A DNA stretch of 64,000 nt from Caldilineaceae bacterium (lineage in GTDB: Bacteria > Chloroflexota > Anaerolineae > Caldilineales > Caldilineaceae): the NCBI GenBank assembly GCA_958295845.1, contig OY282376.1, positions 507,022-571,021 on the forward strand. Direction: 5' to 3'. Numbering within the stretch: position 1 is the stretch's first letter; each line of letters starts with the position of its first letter. The position numbers and the translations under genes are program-made. This document shows, piece after piece, positions 9,214 through 17,905 of this stretch. Below the pieces are notes generated by a model, which was given only the letters and a program-made list of their open reading frames with translations, made no database searches and was not told where the DNA came from.

Positions 9214-10271
9214 TGGGAACCGGACCACCCGTCAAGACGAGCGAGGAAAAAGCGAAGAGAAAACTTTCCCTCCCATTTCTCGCCCCTGTTCACTCGCTCC
9301 TCGCAGGCTGGGTCGGGCTGACGCTCTGGCTGCTGCTCCTGCTCCTGCTGGCGCTGTACCCCTACACCGGCGTCTCCAGCGTCGCCCTCTTCGTCGGTAG
9401 CCAGATCTTTGTGCTGGTGACCCTGGCCTCCAACTGGAATCTGATCGGCGGCATGACCGGTTACGTTGACTTCGGCCACGCCGTTTTCTTCGGCATCGGC
9501 GCCTATATCATGGGCATCCTTGTGACCGGCAGCCCCCTCCTGATCTCGCCGGAATGGGGTTTCTGGCAGGCCCTGCCGGCTAGCGGCGTGGCCGCGGCCC
9601 TCTTCGCGCTCCTGATTGGCCTTCCGACCCTGCGTCTCAAGGGACCCTACTTCTCCATCGCCATGCTCGGCACGCTGGTGGCGATGCGCGAGATCGCGCG
9701 CGTGCTGCGCCCGTTTACCGGCGGCGGCGTTGGCCTGAACCTGCCGCCGCTCCTCAACCGTTTGGGCGACTACTACCTGATGTTAGCCGTTATGGGCCTG
9801 GTCGTGTCGATCATCTGGTGGATTCAGCGCAGCCAGTTCGGGCAGAGCCTGATCGCCATCCGCGAGGACGAGATCGGCGCAGAAATGCGCGGCATCAACA
9901 CAACCCTCCACAAGATCGTCGCCTTTATGATCGCCGCCTTCTTCACCGGAATCGTCGGCGGCTTCTGGGCCTGGCAGAATACCTACATCGATCCGGATGT
10001 GGTCTTCGTCGAAGCACGCACCGTCGAAATGGTGATGATGTCGATGCTGGGCGGCCTGGGCACGGTATGGGGGCCGCCTCTCGGCGCCGTCGTCATCTAC
10101 TTTCTGCAGGACCTCCTGTGGGGCAGTCTGTTCGGCGTCCATCTGGTGGCGCTTGGCGTGCTGCTGGTCGTGATTGTGCTGTTCATGCCCGAGGGCATCC
10201 TCGGCACGTTGGGAGACCGCAGCAGCACATCGCTTGGACGGCTCCTCAGCCGCGTTGGCAGGAGCAAGTAG
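9213..10271 (+). CDS. livM: Branched-chain amino-acid ABC transporter permease
   Basis: ATG overlaps the livH stop (gTGATGg at 9211-9215). GYVDFGHAVFFGIGAY motif. The long 8472 start in the track lies out of frame over livH and is an artefact. Confidence 0.85.
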   Translation: MGTGPPVKTSEEKAKRKLSLPFLAPVHSLLAGWVGLTLWLLLLLLLALYPYTGVSSVALFVGSQIFVLVTLASNWNLIGGMTGYVDFGHAVFFGIGAYIMGILVTGSPLLISPEWGFWQALPASGVAAALFALLIGLPTLRLKGPYFSIAMLGTLVAMREIARVLRPFTGGGVGLNLPPLLNRLGDYYLMLAVMGLVVSIIWWIQRSQFGQSLIAIREDEIGAEMRGINTTLHKIVAFMIAAFFTGIVGGFWAWQNTYIDPDVVFVEARTVEMVMMSMLGGLGTVWGPPLGAVVIYFLQDLLWGSLFGVHLVALGVLLVVIVLFMPEGILGTLGDRSSTSLGRLLSRVGRSK

Positions 10272-10313
10272 TGGATACAGGAAAGAATAAGCTACCAGCC
10301 GCACACCGCGACC

Positions 10314-11063
10314 ATGGCCTCTGACCAACAGCCCCTGCTGGAGGGGCATACCGTTTCCAAATACTTCGGCGGGCTGGCCGCTGTCAACAACGTCGACTTC
10401 GCCATCTATCCGGGCGAAATCGTCGGCCTGATCGGTCCCAACGGCAGCGGCAAGACAACCCTCTTCGACTGCCTGAGCCGTTTGCAGAACATCGACAGTG
10501 GCAAGGTGTTTTTCAAGGGCCGGGACGTGACGCGGGCGCGCCCCTATCAAGTCGCCAGAATGGGGCTGACGCGCACCTTCCAGTCGGTGCGCGTCTACCG
10601 CAAAATGACCGTTCACCGCAACATGCTGATCAGTCACCAGTGGCGGGATACTTCGATCCTAAGTATGCTCCAACCCAGCCGTGCCAGCACAGCACAACGC
10701 GCCTATCAGTTGCTCGACTTTCTCCAGATCCGGCATCTGGCCGACGAGGAGGCGGGCCACCTGTCCGGCGGACAGCGCCGCCTGCTGGAGATCGGCATGG
10801 CCCTGATGCCCGACCCGGATATCCTGCTTCTGGACGAAGCAACCTCAGGTGTGAATCCAACCCTGATCGAAACGATAAAGGACCGCATCCGCACCCTTAA
10901 CGAGCAGGGGAAGACCTTCCTCCTGATCGAGCATAACATCAACTTCATCGCCGATCTCTGCAGCCGCGTCTACGTACTCAACTACGGCGAAAAGCTGGCC
11001 GAAGGCACGCCCCAGAAAATCCTGCAAAACGAAGCCGTGATTGATGCCTATTTCGGAGCCTGA
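10314..11063 (+). CDS. livG: Branched-chain amino-acid ABC transporter ATP-binding protein
   Basis: Walker A GPNGSGKTT, signature LSGGQRR, Walker B LLLDEATSG. Confidence 0.85.
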   Translation: MASDQQPLLEGHTVSKYFGGLAAVNNVDFAIYPGEIVGLIGPNGSGKTTLFDCLSRLQNIDSGKVFFKGRDVTRARPYQVARMGLTRTFQSVRVYRKMTVHRNMLISHQWRDTSILSMLQPSRASTAQRAYQLLDFLQIRHLADEEAGHLSGGQRRLLEIGMALMPDPDILLLDEATSGVNPTLIETIKDRIRTLNEQGKTFLLIEHNINFIADLCSRVYVLNYGEKLAEGTPQKILQNEAVIDAYFGA

Positions 11064-11092
11064 ATCCCGTGGCCAGCACTCTGCTGCTGTAG

Positions 11093-11122
11093 TTTCTGAC
11101 CACTGACCACTGACCACTTCCT
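11093..11122 (+). repeat. Heptanucleotide array (tttctga ccactga ccactga ccacttc ct) forming the livG-livF spacer
   Basis: TGA at 11097, 11104 and 11111, one in each reading frame. Ends cacttcctATG(11123). Confidence 0.85.
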
Positions 11123-11845
11123 ATGTCTGCCCCGCTTCTCACCGTTGACGACGTCTATGCCGGCTATCAGGACTTCGATATCCTGAAAGGTGTTTCGCTC
11201 GTCGTGCATCCCGGCGAAATCGTCTGTGTTATCGGCCCCAACGGCGCCGGCAAATCGACCGTCTTCAAGGCGATCTACGGCTTTGTCAGCGTGCGTCTGG
11301 GCACCGTCCACTTCGACGGGCATGAGATCACCAACGCCCGCCCCCAGGATGTCCTCAGCGCCGGCATCTCCATCGTCCCCCAGCTGCGCAGCGTCTTTCC
11401 GCAGATGACAGTCATGGAAAACCTGGAAATGGGCATGTATCTCGAAGACGACCAGTCGCGCATCCACCAGCGCATCCAATACATCTTCGAGCTGTTCCCG
11501 CGCCTGGCCGAGCGGCGCAGTCAGATGGCCGGCACCATGTCCGGCGGCGAGCAGCGCATGCTCGAAATCGGCCGCGCCCTGATGCTGGAACCCAAAATCG
11601 TCATGATGGACGAACCGAGCGCCGGCCTCTCCCCGTTGATCACCCGCATGATCTTCGAAAATATCAGGCGCCTCAACAGTGAGATCGGCCTCACTGTCCT
11701 CATGATCGAACAGAACGCCCGCCAGGGCCTCGAAGCCAGCCACCGCGGCTACGTACTCGAACTGGGCCGCAACGCCTACGAGGGCGAGGCCCAGGCCCTG
11801 CTCGACAACCGCGACGTGCGAAGGGCGTTCCTGGGGGGACATTGA
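11123..11845 (+). CDS. livF: Branched-chain amino-acid ABC transporter ATP-binding protein
   Basis: Walker A GPNGAGKST, signature MSGGEQRM, Walker B VMMDEPSAG. Confidence 0.85.
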   Translation: MSAPLLTVDDVYAGYQDFDILKGVSLVVHPGEIVCVIGPNGAGKSTVFKAIYGFVSVRLGTVHFDGHEITNARPQDVLSAGISIVPQLRSVFPQMTVMENLEMGMYLEDDQSRIHQRIQYIFELFPRLAERRSQMAGTMSGGEQRMLEIGRALMLEPKIVMMDEPSAGLSPLITRMIFENIRRLNSEIGLTVLMIEQNARQGLEASHRGYVLELGRNAYEGEAQALLDNRDVRRAFLGGH

Positions 11846-12177
11846 GACACTCAACGAATAAGAATCTCGTTTAGTCCCTGCCATTCCTTCAATGACAATC
11901 TTCGCCCACAGCTGATCTTAACTCTTCAAATATTTGGCAATAGACAACCAACAGTTCAGACTATCAGACGGTCCTTGTGCAATCGGACTACCATGTGGGT
12001 ACGAAAGCGAACCGCCTATTCCTACGCGCCCGCTCACAAAAGCACACGGTTCGGCCCGGCTGACAGTTCGTTCTTTACCGTATTCAGGTCCCTTACACTG
12101 GAAATAAGCCCCCTGCAGCGAATCCGATTCGAGGACGAGCCCGCCCGACTGTCGTCTCCGGCGCTCCGTTTCGGAGT

Positions 12178-12205
12178 TTGACACACCAAGCTGCCGTACT
12201 AGAAT
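12178..12205 (+). promoter_or_regulatory. Sigma70-like promoter candidate for thyX
   Basis: TTGACA (12178-12183), 16-nt spacer, TAGAAT (12200-12205). Followed by a ctcctt-aga-aaggag hairpin. Confidence 0.35.
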
Positions 12206-12246
12206 TCTCCTTAGAAAGGAGTTTCATTTAAGAAACTATAGTACCT

Positions 12247-13332
12247 ATGAATATCGAACTCGTAGCCTACTCCCAAGCCAATCCCGCCCTCGACCCCGCC
12301 GACCTGCTCGAAATGAGCGACCTGGCAACGATCTGGAACGGCGCCAGCACCTATCCCGATAATGTGATCGAGTATGCCGGCCGCGTCTGTTATCGCAGCA
12401 CACACCGCATGGGCACCGCGCCGCGCTTTATCGTCAGCCGCGTCAGAGAAGGCCACGAGGATATAATCGAGCACATCGTGGCCACCGTGCGCGTGCGCAA
12501 CAGTGAAGAGCCGCTCCGCTGGCGCATGCTCAACCGCCACTGCGAGGTCACCCAGGAAGCCGACGGCAGCTGGCTCGTCAGCGCCAACACCCGCGTCTGG
12601 CTGGACTTCTTCCGCAATGGGATCGGGCTGCAGGCGCTGCCGTTTCTGAATTCGATTGCGCCCAAAGTCTACGCCGAATTCGCCGCCGACATCCCAAGTG
12701 GTAACGGTACGCAGGTCCCAGAATCTCCTGCCATCCCGCCTTCCATGCCCGCGCTCGATATAGACACATCGTGCCTGCGCCCGCGTGAAGAAGGACCTCT
12801 GAGGGTGACGCTTCTCGCCTTCACTCAGCCCGGGATCGACGATGCTGAAGCCCAGCTTCATCATGGGTCGGCTACCTTTTTCTTCGAAGGAATCAGCCGC
12901 GCCTGCACCCACCAACTGGTGCGTCACCGCCTGGCCAGCTTCAGCCAGGAGAGCCAGAGGTACGTCGATTTAAGCAAAGGCGAGTGGAGCGCAGTTGTTC
13001 CCCCGGCTATCCAGGGAAACGAAGAAGCCGAGGCCAAACTGAGTGAAGCCTGGGACTATCTCCAACAGACTTATCAGGAGTTGCGGAAGATGGGCATCCG
13101 TAAAGAGGACGCCCGCTTTCTCCTCCCCAACGCCGCCGAGACTCGCATCGTCACCAGCATGAACTACGCCGCCTGGAGCCACTTCCTCTGGCTGCGCGCC
13201 GTCGACAAAGCTGCCCAGTGGGAGATTCGCCGCCTCGGCCAGCTCGTGCTGGAAATGCTCTACGCCGTCGCTCCCGACGTCTTCCAGGAACACTGGGACG
13301 TATACCGGGAGAAGTTTCCCGCCTCCACGTAG
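12247..13332 (+). CDS. thyX: FAD-dependent thymidylate synthase, atypically long (361 aa)
   Basis: ThyX signature [14 protein letters not shown] in the C-terminal half. GHEDIIEH (the GHxSxxEH-like motif) occurs only in the N-terminal half. Confidence 0.85.
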   Translation: MNIELVAYSQANPALDPADLLEMSDLATIWNGASTYPDNVIEYAGRVCYRSTHRMGTAPRFIVSRVREGHEDIIEHIVATVRVRNSEEPLRWRMLNRHCEVTQEADGSWLVSANTRVWLDFFRNGIGLQALPFLNSIAPKVYAEFAADIPSGNGTQVPESPAIPPSMPALDIDTSCLRPREEGPLRVTLLAFTQPGIDDAEAQLHHGSATFFFEGISRACTHQLVRHRLASFSQESQRYVDLSKGEWSAVVPPAIQGNEEAEAKLSEAWDYLQQTYQELRKMGIRKEDARFLLPNAAETRIVTSMNYAAWSHFLWLRAVDKAAQWEIRRLGQLVLEMLYAVAPDVFQEHWDVYREKFPAST

Positions 13333-13368
13333 CCGCCCCGGGCACCATGCAATGATCCCCTGCCCGTA

Positions 13369-14658
13369 ATGAGCGCGCTAACCGTATCTGATCGCTTTCA
13401 CAACCGCACCGCGCGCGTCGCCGTCGTCGGGCTCGGCTATGTGGGCCTTCCCCTGGCCGCCGTCCTGGCCGATTCCGGCTATGAAGTCGTCGGCATCGAC
13501 CTGGACCAGACCAAAGTCGAGGCCGTCAATCAAGGGCGCTCCTACATCGCCGACGTTGACGACGCCGACTTACTCGCCCAGGCGTCCCGCCTGCGCGCCA
13601 CCAGCGATTACGCCGTCCTCGGCCAGTGCGACGCGGTCTCAATCTGTCTGCCCACACCGCTCGACCCTGAAGGGCAGCCGGACGTCTCCGCCATTCTCGC
13701 CAGCGGCCAGGAAATCGCTCGCTTTCTGCATCCGGGCCTGGTCGTCGTCCTCGAGTCCACCTCCTATCCCGGCACAACCACCGAACTGCTGCTGCCCCGC
13801 CTTGAAGCAGCCGCCCAACCGCAGGGTTGGCGAGTGGGCGAAGAGTTCCATGTCGCCTTTTCCCCCGAGCGCGTCGACCCCGGGCGCACCGATTGGACGA
13901 TTCAGACCACGCCCAAGATCGTTGCCGGTGTGACCGAAAGCTGCCTCGCCGCGGTCCAGGCCTACTATGGACCTGTTTTCGAAACGCTGGTGCCCGTCTC
14001 GTCACCGTCCGCCGCGGAGATGGCCAAGCTGTTCGAAAACACCTTTCGCTTTGTCAACATCTCTTTGGTCAATGAACTGCTGCTGATGTGCGACAGATTG
14101 GAATTGGACTGCCGGGAGGTGCTGGATGCCGCCGCAACCAAGCCCTTCGGCTTCACCAGGTTCACGCCAGGGCCGGGGGTTGGGGGTCCTTGCATTCCCG
14201 TCGACCCTTATTTTCTCGCCTGGAAAATGAAGTCGATCGATGCCGAGGCCCGTTTTATCGAGCTGGCCGGCCAGATTAACGCCGAGATGCCCCGCTACTG
14301 GGTGCAGAAGGTGCAGGATGCCCTCAACGACGCCGGTAAACCGGTGAAAGGCAGCCGCATCCTGGTGCTGGGCGCGGCCTACAAGCCCGACGTCGCCGAT
14401 GCGCGCGAGTCACCGGTCATCGATATCCTGCAACGCCTTCTGCAAAAAGGCGCGCAGGCCAGGTATCATGACCCGTACATCCTGTCTTTAACGGAGATGG
14501 GGGTTCCTCTTACCGCGGTCGCCGATCTGGAAGAGGAGGTTCAGAAAGCCGACTGTGTGGTGATTGCCACCGCCCACACAGTCTACGACTGGGCATCGAT
14601 TGCGCAGGGCGCGGCCCTATTGGTCGACACCGGCTTCGTGGCTAAGCGCAGCTCGTAA
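13369..14658 (+). CDS. Nucleotide-sugar dehydrogenase (UDP-glucose/GDP-mannose dehydrogenase family, WecC/WbpA-like)
   Basis: N-terminal Rossmann motif VAVVGLGYVGLPLA, 429 aa, family-typical layout. Confidence 0.85.
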   Translation: MSALTVSDRFHNRTARVAVVGLGYVGLPLAAVLADSGYEVVGIDLDQTKVEAVNQGRSYIADVDDADLLAQASRLRATSDYAVLGQCDAVSICLPTPLDPEGQPDVSAILASGQEIARFLHPGLVVVLESTSYPGTTTELLLPRLEAAAQPQGWRVGEEFHVAFSPERVDPGRTDWTIQTTPKIVAGVTESCLAAVQAYYGPVFETLVPVSSPSAAEMAKLFENTFRFVNISLVNELLLMCDRLELDCREVLDAAATKPFGFTRFTPGPGVGGPCIPVDPYFLAWKMKSIDAEARFIELAGQINAEMPRYWVQKVQDALNDAGKPVKGSRILVLGAAYKPDVADARESPVIDILQRLLQKGAQARYHDPYILSLTEMGVPLTAVADLEEEVQKADCVVIATAHTVYDWASIAQGAALLVDTGFVAKRSS

Positions 14659-14709
14659 GACACCGCCATCCACAGGCGCTTCACGAGCCGCTGATCGCGT
14701 CACCGAGGA

Positions 14710-15216
14710 CTACTGATCAGAGTTTCCTGAATTGCGCTGGGTTTCCTCGCGCGTCCCCTGGTTCTGGCTACCCATGAGACGGGGTTGAATGCCATGTGCT
14801 CGCAATATCTGACGGATAGTTTCCACGGAAATTTGGTCTACGACTTCATCGTCGATAAGGTATTTGCGCAACCGCTGCAGCGACCACTGATTGAAGGGCA
14901 AATCCAGTGAGGCGGGATCGGCAGAGGCGATGTCAACGATCGCTTTCCTCTGCGCCTCCGTAAATACGGGAGGGCGGCCGGGCGATTTTCCGCTGCGCAA
15001 ACCATCGAGGCCCTGCTGATTATAGCGATGGATCCACTTCCGCACATTGATCGGATGCAGATCGACTTCGCGGCTGATTTCCTGGACCTTATGGCCCTGA
15101 GCAGACAGGAGGATGATCATCAGGCGCTGAATTGAAACGTCATTCTCCATATTCTGAATTGTACGTTCCAATTCGTCCCACTCTTCCTCCTCCAATTTCC
15201 GAACGTAAAGTGCCAT
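14710..15216 (-). mobile_element. IS630-family transposase N-terminal HTH fragment (no DDE domain follows)
   Basis: 168-aa winged-helix/HTH sequence typical of IS630 transposase N-termini ([27 protein letters not shown]). Local GC is visibly lower. Downstream space is taken by a convergent gene. Confidence 0.65.
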
Positions 15217-15282
15217 GAATAGTCTCCATTATTGTCCGCCGGCAACTGCCCGATTGGATGGGGACGGCGGACAAACCCCTTC

Positions 15283-15672
15283 CTACAGCTGAAAAGTGCG
15301 GCTATTGTCCTCTACAACTCTTTGATTGTAGTTTGTTACGTGCCTCAAGAGTCTTCGTTGCAAATTCTGCCAGGTGTCGCTCTTCAAAACTGCCTGGAGC
15401 CGTTCCAAATCGGAAACTTCGCCAATCGTTAGCATTTGCGGGCCGTTTCCATAGATGGTATACCAAACTTCTGCGGGGTTGATTCCCAACCGCATAAGTC
15501 CCGGTGCATATTCGCGCATGACAAACTCAAAATAGGGTTGCTCATGTCCCATTTTGATGTCCCACTGCATCAACAAACGTACCATATGCACTCTGGCTGT
15601 GCCCAACAGAAGTGCGAAATCTCTCCATGCAATCACCCCGCTCTGCAAGGGGGTGAATCTTTTTATGCGCAT
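15283..15672 (-). CDS. Hypothetical protein (129 aa), no family recognised
   Basis: ORF in the lower-GC islet. Non-repetitive amino-acid composition. No motif recognised. Confidence 0.45.
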   Translation of the reverse strand: MRIKRFTPLQSGVIAWRDFALLLGTARVHMVRLLMQWDIKMGHEQPYFEFVMREYAPGLMRLGINPAEVWYTIYGNGPQMLTIGEVSDLERLQAVLKSDTWQNLQRRLLRHVTNYNQRVVEDNSRTFQL

Positions 15673-17794
15673 TACATCTTATCAAGAGTGTCCTAAGATC
15701 GCAACTTTTCTTTGTCGGTTTTTACTTTGTATCTTTTGTTGTGGAATCTTCCTTGCCGGCGGCCGTGATCTCCTGTTGGCCGCGCCTTTGGCCGAGAACC
15801 GCCTCCCTGAACGAATTCTCCAATCGGAATCCGCCGTTGCGTCACATCTCCTCCTGCAACCGGCCCTTGAAACATCCCTGGTTCTGCTTACCCACACCCT
15901 GGACGTTCGTGTCGCAACCGCTGACGGCCGCTCGCTGACCCTGCAAATCGAAGCCTCCTACCGCCTGCACAATGAAGAAGAAGAGGCGATCACAGCGACC
16001 CTGCTCGTCGCGCAGCCCGCAGACGCCGCTGCCGCCGGTCGCGGCCTGCCCCGCAACATTGCCGTCACCCTCGATGGCCAGCCGCTCGCCCTCCAGTCCG
16101 CAGGCCAGACCGTCGGGCAGAGCGTTCAGGCAGAGTTCGAAGCTGATGCCCGGCGGCGTCTCACCCTGCGCTACGATCTGCCCCTCGCCGCCGAGCAGAC
16201 CTTTGACTTCCATTACCCAATATCCGAGCTGCTAACGTGGCCCAGCGAAATCAGCGGTTGGCGCGTAACGATCGACTTTGCCGATATGGACCAGTGGCTG
16301 GCTCCCTCGGACAGCTGGCTGCAGATATCCCCGCGTGGCTGGAAAATGCGCGCCAGCCAGTTGGAATGGCTGCGTGAGGAACGGCCGCCGACAACGGACG
16401 TCCACTTCCAGGCCCTCCATCCACAGTGGATACAGGCGATTCGTGCTGCCCAGAACACGATTCGCGCGCAAAACGATCTGGAATCAATGCAGCGGTTGGG
16501 CGATCTGTACGCGCAACTGCATCAGGCCCCCGCCCTCCGTGCCGCGTCGCGCGACCGCTTCTACGAGCAGGCACTGGCCGCATACTCGCAAGCCCTGCAG
16601 TTGGGCGAAGAACGCGTCCGCCCGGATACCCTTCTCGCCGCGGTGCGTTACCGGATGGCAGCGCTCTATCGCAGGCGCGCGATAGCCGCAGATGGCGCCG
16701 TCGATAGCGTCTACGTCGCGCTCATGGTGGCCGAGGCGGAGAAGGCTCTCCCCGCGACGGCCCAAGGGCCGACCCGTGTGGAGCTGCAAAGCTGGGTGGC
16801 CCAAGGCCTGCAGCATCAGTTGCGGACAGCCCGCTTGCAGGAAAACTGGCCCCAGGCCCTGCTGCTGACCGAAAGGTTGGCTCGTCTGCCCGCCGATATC
16901 GTCGATCCGGCCACCCTGGAAGCCGAACGTCGGGCGCTGATCCTGCACGAAGTTCTGCAACAGTTGCAGGAAGGAAATGAAGAGGCCGCGGTGTCGCTGG
17001 TTGGAGAAGAAATACTGACCGGAGAGGCCCTGCCCCAACCGGAGTATCAAACGCTTTTTGCCAATTGGCAGATTACCGTTACAGTATCCCGGAATGACAT
17101 GTCCGTCAGTGCCTTGGCGCGACCCATCTTTCAGAGGCGGGTCGACGGCGAGAACGCCTTGAACAGCCTGTTGAATTCATGGTCAGTTTCCGGGGCCGCC
17201 AACACAGCGCTGACTGTGGAAGAGGGCGGTTTTCTCATCCGACTGGACGGTCTCGACGCCGGCAAACGTCGGCTACTGGCCCAGAACACGCCCCAGCAGG
17301 CCGACTGGGCGCTGTTGCGCAGCGTCCTTCTGACAACGGAGCAGGAGACGCAACAGGAGACCCAGCTTCTTTGGCAGCGGACCACACAAGCGATCGATGT
17401 GGACTTTCGATCGGTCGCAGACCAATGGCACAGTATGGCAGCTTCCCTGGAAAGAGAGGCTGCCGCAGCCGAGGACGCAACCGCGTCGGCAACCGCATCC
17501 AATCGCGCTGAAGCCGCCGCGCTGGAGATCCGTCAGTCCCTGCGAGCAGCACAGCACCGGCTGGAAGCTGGCCGCTGGCGGCGGCTCGTCTCCGACAGCA
17601 CCGTGCAGGTCGAGATAGGCGAATCGCCCGACGAGGCCTCACCGCAGCGGGTCTGGCTGTTGAGCCTGACAGATCCACCACAGCGGCTCACGAACCACTT
17701 TGAGAGCATTAGCGCAGTGCGGCTGTGGCTTGCCATCGTCCTTGCCGTTGTCCTCAGTTCTCTCTTTGCGGGCCTGCTGTGGCTGCTTCTTTAA
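15665..17794 (+). CDS. Hypothetical membrane-anchored protein (~709 aa) with an N-terminal signal anchor and a C-terminal TM helix
   Basis: The ATG at 15665 gives MRITSYQECPKIATFLCRFLLCIFCCGIFLAGG. C-terminus LWLAIVLAVVLSSLFAGLLWLLL. Helical repeat-like middle region. Function unknown. Confidence 0.7.
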   Translation: MRITSYQECPKIATFLCRFLLCIFCCGIFLAGGRDLLLAAPLAENRLPERILQSESAVASHLLLQPALETSLVLLTHTLDVRVATADGRSLTLQIEASYRLHNEEEEAITATLLVAQPADAAAAGRGLPRNIAVTLDGQPLALQSAGQTVGQSVQAEFEADARRRLTLRYDLPLAAEQTFDFHYPISELLTWPSEISGWRVTIDFADMDQWLAPSDSWLQISPRGWKMRASQLEWLREERPPTTDVHFQALHPQWIQAIRAAQNTIRAQNDLESMQRLGDLYAQLHQAPALRAASRDRFYEQALAAYSQALQLGEERVRPDTLLAAVRYRMAALYRRRAIAADGAVDSVYVALMVAEAEKALPATAQGPTRVELQSWVAQGLQHQLRTARLQENWPQALLLTERLARLPADIVDPATLEAERRALILHEVLQQLQEGNEEAAVSLVGEEILTGEALPQPEYQTLFANWQITVTVSRNDMSVSALARPIFQRRVDGENALNSLLNSWSVSGAANTALTVEEGGFLIRLDGLDAGKRRLLAQNTPQQADWALLRSVLLTTEQETQQETQLLWQRTTQAIDVDFRSVADQWHSMAASLEREAAAAEDATASATASNRAEAAALEIRQSLRAAQHRLEAGRWRRLVSDSTVQVEIGESPDEASPQRVWLLSLTDPPQRLTNHFESISAVRLWLAIVLAVVLSSLFAGLLWLLL

Positions 17795-17905
17795 CGTCTG
17801 AACTGTGATTGATCCTCTTGCCGGTTTGACAGGACTCGATTGGCTTCCGCTCAGTTGCGAGAGTACGGTTGTCCGTCGTCTGCCTGGCAACCTGAAAACC
17901 TGACT

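Noticed and set aside
11048-11884. 278-aa minus-strand ORF
   Set aside because: Antisense to livF, which has Walker A/B and signature motifs.
11900-12180. tRNA/tmRNA/SRP RNA in the livF-thyX spacer
   Set aside because: No GTTCGAATC-type T-loop with a matching acceptor stem, no SRP domain IV motif and no tmRNA termini were found on either strand.
15554-15664. 37-aa N-terminal extension of the 746-aa ORF
   Set aside because: It overlaps the minus-strand 129-aa ORF. The methionine at 15665 begins a proper signal anchor.
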